From the NCBI GenBank assembly GCA_965648935.1, contig CBFGIY010000074.1, positions 1 through 10,993 on the forward strand: DNA of 10,993 nt, written 5' to 3'. Position 1 is the first letter of the stretch, and each line of letters opens with the position of its first letter. The position numbers and the translations under genes are program-made. Positions 1 to 7,254 of the stretch are shown piece after piece. The stretch comes from a candidate division WOR-3 bacterium (lineage in GTDB: Bacteria; Hydrothermota; Tepidihabitantia; Tepidihabitantales; Tepidihabitantaceae). Below the pieces are notes generated by a model, which ran no database searches, was not told the origin of the DNA, and worked only from the letters and a program-made list of their open reading frames with translations.

Positions 1-203
1 GGGGGGGGTTTCGGCCGGGCGCGCCGCTCGCGCCGCGTCGGGGTCAGTTTCTTGGAGTCGTCGGCGCCGGGGACGTCGCAACCCGGCGGCAGGACCACGG
101 CGCCGGCAACGACCGGCCCGGCAAGCGCGCCCCTGCCCACTTCGTCAAGGCCGCAGACGAGTCGGCTACTCCGCCACAGCTTTCGGTCGAGGCTTGCCCT
201 CAA
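1..203 (-). CDS. rnhB: Ribonuclease HII, 5' part (runs off the left edge; not in ORF track)
   Basis: Manual minus-strand translation from a probable TTG at 203 gives [60 protein letters not shown], with the RNase HII motifs DEVGRG-x-LAGPV and DSKKL. It follows rplS, a common gene order. The start is inferred and overlaps rplS by 38 nt. Confidence 0.9.
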   Translation of the reverse strand, partial: MRASLDRKLWRSSRLVCGLDEVGRGALAGPVVAGAVVLPPGCDVPGADDSKKLTPTRRERRARPKPP

Positions 204-558
204 CTTTGCGCTCTTTGAGCATCGCGTCGCGGCCGGTCTTGTGCCGGAGGTAGTAGAGCTTGGAGCGGCGCACGCGGGAGTGACGCTTGACCTCGACCTT
301 TGCGATGGCCGGGGTCAGATACGGGAAGATGCGCTCGATGCCGTAGCCGCGGCTGATCTTGCGGACGGTGAAGCTCTTGTTCGGTCCGGCGCCGCGGATG
401 CCGATGACGGTGCCTTCGAACTGCTGGATGCGTTCCTTGTCGCCTTCGACTATGCGGACGTGAACGTTGACGATATCGCCGGTGCGGATCTCGGGCAGTT
501 CCGCGGCCTGGCGCCGGGCGAGCGTCGGTTTCTTATCGGTGCTGGTCTTCTTGGCCAT
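166..558 (-). CDS. rplS: 50S ribosomal protein L19
   Basis: [40 protein letters not shown] and [10 protein letters not shown] are L19 signatures. SD-like AAGGAG lies upstream, inside trmD. Confidence 0.98.
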   Translation of the reverse strand: MAKKTSTDKKPTLARRQAAELPEIRTGDIVNVHVRIVEGDKERIQQFEGTVIGIRGAGPNKSFTVRKISRGYGIERIFPYLTPAIAKVEVKRHSRVRRSKLYYLRHKTGRDAMLKERKVEGKPRPKAVAE

Positions 559-1288
559 TGGCTGTCTCCTTCTGGAACTCGGCGCAGAGCAGCTCCCGTT
601 CGGTTTCGGTCAGCACCGAATCGCGCAGGAGCTCGGGGCGGCGCCGGGCGGTAATCTTGAGTGACTGCTCGCGGCGCCAGCGGGCCACTCGGGCGTGGTC
701 GCCTTCAAGCAGGATTTCGGGGACTGTCTGGCCCTCGAACTCGCGGGGCCGGGTGTACCAGGGCGCGTCGAGCAGCGCCGATGCGGAAAATGAGTCGGTT
801 GCGACCGACTCCTCGTGTTCGACCGCGCCGGGCAGGAGTCGGGCCACGGCTTCGATGACCGCGACCGCGGCCGCCTCGCCGCCGGCGAGCACGTAATCTC
901 CCAGCGAGAGATCGTCGTCGCAGCGCGACGCCACGCGTTCGTCCACGCCCTTGTAGCGTCCGCAGACGAGCACGAGATGCTGGAGCCCGGCGTACTGGAT
1001 CGCGACTGACTGGGTGAACTGCCGGCCGCGCGGGGTCAGGAGTACGACGCGCGTGTTGTCCCGGCGAACGCTGTCTATGGCACGGGCGAGCGGCTCGGGC
1101 TTGAGCACCATACCCGCGCCGCCGCCGAATGGATAGTCGTCGACGATGCGGTGGGCGTCGGTTGTGAAGTCCCGGGGATTGACGAACGCTACCGCAAGCT
1201 CGCCCGACTGGCGCACGACCCGGGTCGGGCCGCAATCAAGCGGCCCGGCGAAGTACTCCGGGAACAGCGACACCACGTGGACCAGCAT
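533..1288 (-). CDS. trmD: tRNA (guanine37-N1)-methyltransferase
   Basis: SLFPEYF, VDDYPFGGGAGMVLKPEP, CGRYKGVDER, SLGDYVLAGGE and YTRP motifs. Position is upstream of rplS, overlapping it by 26 nt. Confidence 0.97.
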   Translation of the reverse strand: MLVHVVSLFPEYFAGPLDCGPTRVVRQSGELAVAFVNPRDFTTDAHRIVDDYPFGGGAGMVLKPEPLARAIDSVRRDNTRVVLLTPRGRQFTQSVAIQYAGLQHLVLVCGRYKGVDERVASRCDDDLSLGDYVLAGGEAAAVAVIEAVARLLPGAVEHEESVATDSFSASALLDAPWYTRPREFEGQTVPEILLEGDHARVARWRREQSLKITARRRPELLRDSVLTETERELLCAEFQKETANGQEDQHR

Positions 1289-1313
1289 GCGGGCGGTTGA
1301 CGGCGAGCCAGTG

Positions 1314-1544
1314 TTACTCGAGGATTTCGAGCTGCGCGCGCTTGCCGACCTTCATCGCCGCGGCTGCGATGATCATCCGGATGGCCTTGGCTGTACGACC
1401 TTCCTTGCCGATGACCTTGCCCAGGTCACCTTGACCGACGCGCAGTTCGTAGATCAGTGTCTTCTCGCCGGCGATTTCGTGCACGACGACCTTCTCGGGA
1501 TGGTCGACCAGCGCCTTTGCGATGTATTCGATGAGCTCTTTCAT
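1314..1544 (-). CDS. khpA: KH-domain RNA-binding protein (KhpA/YlqC, UPF0109 family)
   Basis: 76 aa, [17 protein letters not shown]...[17 protein letters not shown] (GxxG KH loop). SD-like GGAG upstream. Typical position after rpsP. Confidence 0.93.
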   Translation of the reverse strand: MKELIEYIAKALVDHPEKVVVHEIAGEKTLIYELRVGQGDLGKVIGKEGRTAKAIRMIIAAAAMKVGKRAQLEILE

Positions 1545-1556
1545 CTCCGGTTCTCC

Positions 1557-1946
1557 TTAAGCAGCAGTAGTTTCGGAGTTGCCGGCCGTGTCGGCTGGCG
1601 TCGTCTCGGGTTCGGTTGCAGGAGCGGGCTCGATCGCGGACTCGGCCGCCTGCAGTGCCGGTTCGGCAGCGATGGACTCGGTGGCCGGCTCGGTGATCGC
1701 GGCGGGAGCCGGGCCTTCCTTGCGGCGGCGCCGGATCAGGCTGAGAACCGTGTCCGAAGGCTTGGCGCCCACGCCGAGCCAGTAGTCGGCGCGTTCCAGG
1801 TTGACCCACAGGTCCTTGCTGCGCGGGTTGTAGTTGCCGATGGCTTCGATGTACTTGCCGTCGCGCGCCTTGCGCGAGTCGATGACGACGATGCGATATG
1901 TCGGGCGATGCCGCAGTCCCATGCGCCTTAGTCGAATCTTTACCAA
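1557..1946 (-). CDS. rpsP: 30S ribosomal protein S16 with an acidic Ala/Glu/Pro/Thr-rich C-terminal tail
   Basis: (M)VKIRLRRMG...[25 protein letters not shown]...GAKPSDTV. Start re-assigned to TTG at 1946 because AGGAGC (1958-1953) lies 6 nt upstream and S16 homology begins there. Confidence 0.97.
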   Translation of the reverse strand: MVKIRLRRMGLRHRPTYRIVVIDSRKARDGKYIEAIGNYNPRSKDLWVNLERADYWLGVGAKPSDTVLSLIRRRRKEGPAPAAITEPATESIAAEPALQAAESAIEPAPATEPETTPADTAGNSETTAA

Positions 1947-1971
1947 AACGATGCTCCTTTTTGAGTGGCTT

Positions 1972-1999
1972 ACTGTAGCCAAACCTCGGTGAATGTCAA
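1972..1999 (-). promoter_or_regulatory. Putative sigma70-type promoter of the rpsP operon
   Basis: Minus strand TTGACA (1999-1994), 16 nt spacer, TACAGT (1977-1972), about 25 nt upstream of the rpsP start. Confidence 0.65.
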
Positions 2000-2003
2000 T
2001 GTT

Positions 2004-2021
2004 GCGCGGCCAGCGCCGCGC
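2004..2021 (-). terminator. GC-rich hairpin after rmuC (possible terminator or pause site; no U-tract)
   Basis: GCGCGGC-4 nt loop-GCCGCGC forms a perfect 7-bp stem 8 nt past the rmuC stop. There is no poly-T on the minus strand. Confidence 0.3.
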
Positions 2022-2029
2022 TCGACCGC

Positions 2030-3133
2030 CTATGTCCGGTCCGGCCGGCTGTCGGGCAGGACGCCGGTGCTTTCAGCCTCCGGTGCCAGAGCGAGCTTGT
2101 CTTCCAGCCGTGTGAGCCGCTTGGACGCGTCGTCATACTTGTTGCGGGCGTGGCCCAGGTGCGTGCCGAGCTGGTCGAAGTCTTCGCGGAACCGGCCAAG
2201 GTCGGACTCGAGTCGGCCCAGATGTTCGAGTATCTCAACTGCCCGGCGCTCGACCTGCATTCCGCGCAGCCCGAAGACGATTGCCTGAAGATAGGCGTAC
2301 AGCGAGCCGGGGGAGACCGGTATCACGCGGCGCGCGATAGCGTACGAATTGAGGCTCTCTTCGGTCTCCTCGCGGATGACCATCTCGTAGTAGACGTTCT
2401 CGGCCGGGATGTACATCATTGCGAAGTCGAAGGTCCCCTCGTCTGGCAGGATGTACTTTTTCGCGATAGCGTCTATGTGCTTCCTGACATCGGCCAGAAA
2501 CTTGCGGCGCTGTGTCTTGCGTTCGGCCTCGTCGGTCAGGGTGAGCAGTCGCTGGAAGTTCTCCAGGGGGAACTTGGCGTCCACAGGCACCATCCGGCTG
2601 CCCAGCTTGATGACAGCGTCCACTATCTCGCCGGTCTTGAACCGGTACTGCATCTGGTAGTTCTGGGGTACGACCTGTTCGAGCAGGTTACCCAGAAACA
2701 GCTCGCCGACGATGCCGCGAAGTTTGGGTGCCCGCAGGATGTCCTGCAGGCTGGAGATGTTCCGGCCGACCTCGAGAATCTGCTGAGAGGCGCGGGACAG
2801 GTCGCCCATCGTGGCCGACACGTCGCGGATTACCCGGACTGCCGAGTCAAGCCGCTGGCCGACCTGGCCGGTTGTTTCGGTCAGGTTGCGTTCGATAGCG
2901 CCGAGCCGCTGGTTGAGCTGGAAGTTGATGTCTGTCGTCTGCTGGCTGAGCAGGCGATTGGTGCTGGCCAGCGATTCTGCGGTCTCGCGGCGGAGGCCGT
3001 CGAGTTGCTGCTGCATCAGCTCGAGAGCGTCGCCGCTCGGGCCGCGGTGGCGCGACTGATTCAGCAGCATCAGTATCAGTATCGCGATGACCGCGATGAC
3101 AAGGACCAGTATGATGTAAGTTCCTGCGCCCAT
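2030..3133 (-). CDS. rmuC: DNA recombination protein RmuC family
   Basis: N-terminal hydrophobic helix ([19 protein letters not shown]) and a coiled-coil region, then [18 protein letters not shown]...[36 protein letters not shown] and VIPVSPGSL. Confidence 0.93.
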   Translation of the reverse strand: MGAGTYIILVLVIAVIAILILMLLNQSRHRGPSGDALELMQQQLDGLRRETAESLASTNRLLSQQTTDINFQLNQRLGAIERNLTETTGQVGQRLDSAVRVIRDVSATMGDLSRASQQILEVGRNISSLQDILRAPKLRGIVGELFLGNLLEQVVPQNYQMQYRFKTGEIVDAVIKLGSRMVPVDAKFPLENFQRLLTLTDEAERKTQRRKFLADVRKHIDAIAKKYILPDEGTFDFAMMYIPAENVYYEMVIREETEESLNSYAIARRVIPVSPGSLYAYLQAIVFGLRGMQVERRAVEILEHLGRLESDLGRFREDFDQLGTHLGHARNKYDDASKRLTRLEDKLALAPEAESTGVLPDSRPDRT

Positions 3134-3141
3134 AAGACGTC

Positions 3142-3169
3142 AGTCTAATGAACTCCGAAGCGTTATCAA
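3142..3169 (-). promoter_or_regulatory. Putative sigma70-type promoter of rmuC (near-leaderless)
   Basis: Minus strand TTGATA (3169-3164), 16 nt spacer, TAGACT (3147-3142). The ATG follows 8 nt later with no SD. Confidence 0.45.
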
Positions 3170-3223
3170 CCCGGACTTGATTCTCAATATCGCCTGATCC
3201 CGAGCAGGTCGCTGGCCGGGTAG

Positions 3224-3252
3224 TTGACTTTGTTCCCGGTGCGGCCTAGAAT
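3224..3252 (+). promoter_or_regulatory. Putative sigma70-type promoter of ssrA
   Basis: TTGACT (3224-3229), 17 nt spacer, TAGAAT (3247-3252): near consensus, about 50 nt upstream of the mature tmRNA 5' end. Confidence 0.75.
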
Positions 3253-3303
3253 CGTCATACAATCTGGAGTCTGCCTGCCCACAGTCCTTTGGGCCTGTCT
3301 GTC

Positions 3304-3659
3304 GGGGGCGAACGGCTTCGACGGGGTGCCTGAGGGGTCCGGGTGCACAGCGGGGTCCCTATGTCGCCCCGTTATCAATGGCGTAGGAACTACAGCTGCC
3401 AATAACAGCTACGCACTGGCTGCTTAACCAATAGGTTATGAGCCCCTCGGTTCGCGAGTTCGCCCGGCGCGAAACCGGGGCATACAAGGGCGATAAGGGC
3501 CAGGCATCGCGCCTCGGATTCCTGGCCTGAAACCCACAGGGGCTGGCGACCGGGCGCCTTTCGGCCGGCTAACCCGGAAGCGAGACTCAAAGACCGGATA
3601 ACTGTGTAGAGCCTGGGTTCCGAACTCTCCGGACGCGGGTTCGATTCCCGCCGCCTCCA
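3304..3659 (+). ncRNA. ssrA: tmRNA (transfer-messenger RNA), one-piece, tag (A)ANNSYALAA
   Basis: 5' GGGGGCG (3304-3310) pairs with CGCCTCC (3652-3658) with a G3:U alanine identity pair and discriminator A3659. T-arm GCGGG-TTCGATT-CCCGC. PK1 pseudoknot pairs 3350-3355/3367-3372 and 3358-3365/3380-3387. Tag ORF GCC 3398 to TAA 3427. CCA is not encoded. Confidence 0.97.
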
Positions 3660-3742
3660 TTCCCTGCGGGGTGGGTCGCTTGTGGTGCATCAGCCCGCGA
3701 GGCAGATTGTCTAACCACGTGAAGACAGCATGAGAGGTCAAT

Positions 3743-4660
3743 GTGGAATTCCGCGATTACTATGAAGTGCTTGGTGTCAAGCGCGACGCCGACGAGAAGG
3801 AAATCAAGGCGGCCTTCCGCAGGCTTGCGCGCGAGTTTCATCCGGACGTCGCCGGGAACAAGGCCGAGGCAGAGCGGCGTTTCAAGGAGATAAACGAAGC
3901 CTACGAAGTCCTGCGCGACCCAGAGAAGCGCCGAAAGTACGACGCGCTGGGCCGGGACTGGCAGCGGTATCAGCAGGCCGGGGGCCAGGGTGACTTCGAC
4001 TGGGCCCAGTATGCGGCCGGTCAGCGCAGGGGTCGCGCGCGCCGCTTCACGCAGGAGGACCTGGGCGCGGCATTCGGCGAGGACTCGCCTTTCTCTGACT
4101 TCTTCACTTTCATCTTCGGTCAGGGTGCGAATGCAGCGGACGCCCGGCCGCCGCGCGGGCAGGACTACGAGCAGGAAGTGCACGTGACGCTGGCCGAAGT
4201 CGTGACCGGCGCGGTCCGCCGGTTCCGACGCGCAGACGGCAAGGTCATTGAGGTCAAGGTACCGGCAGGTGTTGATACCGGTTCGCGGGTGCGCGTGCGG
4301 GGTCAGGGCGGGACCGGCCGGCGCGGCGAGGCCGGGGACCTGTGGCTCGTGGTCAATGTTGAACCGGACCCCAGGTTCGAGCGGTCAGGCCGCGACTTGC
4401 GCACTCGTGTCCAGGTTCCGCTGTACACGGCGATTCTGGGCGGCGAGGTGACGGTGAATCTTGTGACCGGTCGAGCAAGGCTGAAGATACCGCCCCTGAC
4501 CCAGAACGGCACCGAGCTGAGGATGAAGGGCCAGGGTTTGCCCGAGCTGGGCGGCAAGACGCGCGGCGATCTGCTCGTGCGAGTCGAGGTTGTTCTGCCC
4601 GAGAAACTGAGTTCAAAGGAAAAGGCTTTGTTCGAGGACCTGGCGCGGCTGGCCGGTTAG
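3743..4660 (+). CDS. Class B DnaJ / CbpA-like co-chaperone (J domain plus DnaJ C-terminal domain, no zinc finger)
   Basis: DYYEVLGV...HPD...FKEINEAYEVL J domain, G/F-like region (FSDFF), C-terminal GDLW...F(E)R.G.DL and LRMKGQGLP...GDL. No CxxCxGxG repeats. GTG start with GAGGT SD. Confidence 0.93.
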   Translation: MEFRDYYEVLGVKRDADEKEIKAAFRRLAREFHPDVAGNKAEAERRFKEINEAYEVLRDPEKRRKYDALGRDWQRYQQAGGQGDFDWAQYAAGQRRGRARRFTQEDLGAAFGEDSPFSDFFTFIFGQGANAADARPPRGQDYEQEVHVTLAEVVTGAVRRFRRADGKVIEVKVPAGVDTGSRVRVRGQGGTGRRGEAGDLWLVVNVEPDPRFERSGRDLRTRVQVPLYTAILGGEVTVNLVTGRARLKIPPLTQNGTELRMKGQGLPELGGKTRGDLLVRVEVVLPEKLSSKEKALFEDLARLAG

Positions 4661-4694
4661 CCGAATCGGCTCGGCGCGACGACCGGTCTAAGTG

Positions 4695-4727
4695 TTGACG
4701 TGTTCTAGCAGTAAGCATCGATGACTA
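4695..4727 (+). promoter_or_regulatory. Possible promoter/operator region of the stress cluster
   Basis: TTGACG at 4695-4700 in an AT-richer intergenic segment. Imperfect palindrome TAagCATCGATGacTA at 4712-4727. No good -10 hexamer at canonical spacing. Confidence 0.3.
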
Positions 4728-4744
4728 ACCTGTATGGAGGCAAA

Positions 4745-5317
4745 ATGGCACTGAAAGGCACCCAGACCGAGAAAAACCTGATCACGGCTTTCGCCGGCGA
4801 ATCCCAGGCCCGTAACCGCTACACCTATTTCGCGTCACAGGCGCGCAAGGACGGATACGTCCAGATAGCGCTGGTTTTTGAAGAGACAGCCAATCAGGAG
4901 AAGGAGCACGCCAAGCGTTTCTTCAAGTTCCTCGAGGGAGGCGAGGCCCAGGTGCTCGGAATGTTTCCGGCCGGGCGGATCGGCACCACACTGGAGAACC
5001 TGAAGGCGGCGGCCGCGGGCGAGCACCACGAGTGGGGCTCGATGTACCCCGAGTTCGCCAAGACCGCCGAAGCTGAGGGTTTCCCGGAGATCGCTCAGGC
5101 TTTCCGTGCCGTGGCGGTGGCGGAGAAGCAGCACGAGAAGCGCTACAACGATTTCGCGGCCAACATCGAGGCGGGCCGGGTTTTCAAGCGCGAGGGCAAG
5201 AAGGTGTGGCGGTGCCTGAACTGCGGCTACCTGCACGAGGGTCCGGAAGCACCGAGCGCTTGTCCGGCGTGCGTTCATCCCCAAGCCTATTTCGAACTGC
5301 TGGGCGAGAACTGGTAG
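4745..5317 (+). CDS. rbr: Rubrerythrin
   Basis: [23 protein letters not shown], di-iron ligands EKEH / EHHE / EKQH, and C-terminal rubredoxin-like CLNC...CPACVHP. Start set to ATG 4745 behind GGAGG (4736-4740). Confidence 0.97.
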   Translation: MALKGTQTEKNLITAFAGESQARNRYTYFASQARKDGYVQIALVFEETANQEKEHAKRFFKFLEGGEAQVLGMFPAGRIGTTLENLKAAAAGEHHEWGSMYPEFAKTAEAEGFPEIAQAFRAVAVAEKQHEKRYNDFAANIEAGRVFKREGKKVWRCLNCGYLHEGPEAPSACPACVHPQAYFELLGENW

Positions 5318-5370
5318 CGGGCGAAACAGAGGCGGCAGCGAGTCAGCGAGCGCTGCAGAACGGAGCCAAT

Positions 5371-5883
5371 TTGCAAGAGAGGACTGGTCTGGTAACAATG
5401 GGCGGCAAGCCGGTGGTCCTGCTCGGGCCGGAGCTCAAACCCGGTCAGGCCGCGCCGGACTTCACCGCGGTCGGCAACGACCTCAACCCTGTGAAGCTTT
5501 CGGATTTCCGGGGCCGGCCGGTGATCGTGTCGGCGGTGCCTTCTCTCGATACCGGGGTGTGTGATGTGGAGACTCGTCGGTTCAACGCCGAGGCGGCCAG
5601 GCTCAGCCCGGACGTGGTTGTGCTGACCGTGTCAATGGACCTGCCGTTCGCCCAGAAGCGCTGGTGCGGGGCGGCGGGTGTTGACCGGGTTGTAACGGTG
5701 TCCGACCACCGGACTGCGGAGTTCGGCGAGCGCTGGGGCGTTCTCATCAGAGACCTGCGCCTGCTGGCGCGCTGCGTCTTCGTGGTTGACCGCGCCGGGG
5801 TCATTCGCTACATTCAACTTGTCAAGGAAATCGGCACCGAGCCGGATTACGAAGCGGTTCTGGCCGCGGTGAAGGCGCTGTAG
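5371..5883 (+). CDS. tpx: Thiol peroxidase (atypical 2-Cys peroxiredoxin, Tpx)
   Basis: [13 protein letters not shown] (peroxidatic Cys), [12 protein letters not shown] (resolving Cys), LLARCVFV and EPDY. Start inferred at TTG 5371 behind GGAG (5362-5365). Confidence 0.95.
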   Translation: MQERTGLVTMGGKPVVLLGPELKPGQAAPDFTAVGNDLNPVKLSDFRGRPVIVSAVPSLDTGVCDVETRRFNAEAARLSPDVVVLTVSMDLPFAQKRWCGAAGVDRVVTVSDHRTAEFGERWGVLIRDLRLLARCVFVVDRAGVIRYIQLVKEIGTEPDYEAVLAAVKAL

Positions 5884-5935
5884 CCCTGGGACAGGTTCAG
5901 ACCGGGCAGCCAACGGCGGAAAGGAAAGACTGGGA

Positions 5936-6292
5936 ATGACGGCAACTCAACAGGTGTACTCGTGCAGCGAGTGCGGGCAGATGATCGCGGTGGTGCATCG
6001 CGGCAACGGCCGGCTGGTGTGCTGTGGCAAGCCGATGCTGGCCGCGGGCGATGAATCAGCCGGCGCCGCGCCCGCCGGCGCCGCAGCGAAGCTGCGCTCG
6101 AAGGACCTGACCGGCGTGAAGGACACGGGCATCACTCAGTACTGGAAGTGCACGAACTGCAGCTATGTGATGGAGGCGGCCCAGCCGCCGGACCGGTGTC
6201 CGTCCTGCTCGCAGAAGTGTCCGTTCGTGGACGTGACCTGCTACATTCCGGAGTGCGGCCTGACCGGGGCCGACCCCCGGCTGATTGCCTAG
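5936..6292 (+). CDS. Cys-rich two-domain protein: desulforedoxin-type domain, Ala/Gly linker, rubredoxin-like domain
   Basis: N-terminal YSCSECGQ...LVCCGKPM (CxxC-x15-CC). C-terminal WKCTNCSY...PPDRCPSC...[17 protein letters not shown]-like GAAAGGA upstream. It fills the gap between tpx and dfx. Confidence 0.85.
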   Translation: MTATQQVYSCSECGQMIAVVHRGNGRLVCCGKPMLAAGDESAGAAPAGAAAKLRSKDLTGVKDTGITQYWKCTNCSYVMEAAQPPDRCPSCSQKCPFVDVTCYIPECGLTGADPRLIA

Positions 6293-6312
6293 AACGATAT
6301 GGAGGTTTGACA

Positions 6313-6690
6313 ATGGCGAAGCGGATGGAAGTCTACAAGTGCGAGGTCTGCGGCAACATCGTCGAGGTGCTGCATGGCGGGGCCGGCCAGCTGGTCTGCT
6401 GCGGCAAGCCGATGAAGCTCCTTGTCGAAAACACCTCGGACGGCGCCAGGGAGAAGCACGTGCCCGTGATCGAGCGGACCGCGGACGGCTTCAAGGTGAA
6501 GGTCGGCTCGATCGCGCACCCGATGGAGGAGAAGCATTACATCGAGTGGATCGAGCTTGTCGCGGACGGCCGGGTGTATCGCAGCTTCCTCAGCCCGGGG
6601 ATGGCGCCCGAGGCGGTCTTCAGCGTCAAGGCCGAGAAGGCTTACGCGCGCGAGTACTGCAACCTGCACGGCCTGTGGAAAGGTGAGTAG
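6313..6690 (+). CDS. dfx: Desulfoferrodoxin (2Fe superoxide reductase)
   Basis: YKCEVCGN...LVCCGKPM (centre I). EKHVP, HPM, HYIEW and CNLHG supply the centre II His4Cys ligands. ATG 6313 lies behind GGAGGT. Confidence 0.97.
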   Translation: MAKRMEVYKCEVCGNIVEVLHGGAGQLVCCGKPMKLLVENTSDGAREKHVPVIERTADGFKVKVGSIAHPMEEKHYIEWIELVADGRVYRSFLSPGMAPEAVFSVKAEKAYAREYCNLHGLWKGE

Positions 6691-6692
6691 CC

Positions 6693-7235
6693 ATGATACC
6701 GAAGCCGATTGAGACCGCTTTCAACGAACAGATCAAACACGAGCTCGAGTCGGCGTACCTCTACCTCGCGATGGCGGCCTGGTTCGACAGCGAGGGCCTG
6801 GGCGGGATGGCCCGCTGGATGCGCGCCCAGACCCAGGAAGAGGTCACGCACGCGATGCGCTTCCTCAAGCACATCCGGGACCGGGGCGGCGAGGTCAAGT
6901 TGCTCGCGATGAAGGAGCCGCAGCAGAAGTGGGACTCCGCGCTGGCCGCGTTCGAGGCGGCGTACAAGCACGAGCAGTTCATCACCGGCTGCATCGACAA
7001 GCTGGCCAAGCTGTCGCGCGAGCAGAGCGACTTCGCGTCGCAGTCGCTGCTGCAGTGGTTCGTCGACGAGCAGGTCGAGGAAGAGGAAACCGCGCTGGGC
7101 ATCGTCCAGAAGCTCAAGCTCGTGGCCGGCGACGGCCGGGGCCTGCTGATGCTGGACAATGAGCTGGGCACGCGCAGCTTCACCCTGGCGCCGGAACTGG
7201 CCGGCTTCTACGCGATGGCCGCGGCCGGGGCTTAG
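6693..7235 (+). CDS. ftnA: Non-heme ferritin
   Basis: NEQIKHELESAYLYLAMAAW, EEVTHA, HEQFIT and LQWFVDEQVEEE ferroxidase-centre motifs. Confidence 0.94.
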   Translation: MIPKPIETAFNEQIKHELESAYLYLAMAAWFDSEGLGGMARWMRAQTQEEVTHAMRFLKHIRDRGGEVKLLAMKEPQQKWDSALAAFEAAYKHEQFITGCIDKLAKLSREQSDFASQSLLQWFVDEQVEEEETALGIVQKLKLVAGDGRGLLMLDNELGTRSFTLAPELAGFYAMAAAGA

Positions 7236-7254
7236 GGCTGCCGAAAGGACGAAA

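Noticed and set aside
1..25. G8 run and apparent divergence of the RnhB frame (RARPKPP) at the left edge
   Set aside because: More likely low-quality contig-end sequence than a real frameshift or phase-variable tract; it cannot be judged without reads.
52..1931. Plus-strand ORFs 52-654 and 1146-1931
   Set aside because: They are antisense to well-supported rplS, trmD, khpA and rpsP.
2150..3148. 332-aa plus-strand ORF
   Set aside because: It is antisense to rmuC with no recognisable motifs, a typical shadow ORF of high-GC codon usage.
3224..3427. 67-aa ORF ending NNSYALAA
   Set aside because: The 'start' is the -35 box of the ssrA promoter and the end is the tmRNA tag frame, so it is not a protein gene.
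3630..3742. tmRNA 3' end as an integration site for a genomic island carrying the stress cluster
   Set aside because: There is no integrase, and I saw no duplicated ssrA 3' end (att repeat) in the window. The cluster abuts clpX directly.
4659..4671. Palindrome AGCCGA-A-TCGGCT after the dnaJ stop
   Set aside because: The loop is too small and there is no U-tract, so it is not a convincing terminator.
5206..5370. Long N-terminal extensions of tpx (also dfx from 6148, fprA from 7159, hrb from 8403) in the ORF track
   Set aside because: They overlap upstream genes. Family homology, and for tpx, dfx and fprA SD sites, support later starts at 5371, 6313, 7255 and 8463.
6059..6084. Short direct repeat GCCGGCGCCGC x2
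   Set aside because: It simply encodes the AGAA-P-AGAA linker and is too short and GC-rich to be meaningful.
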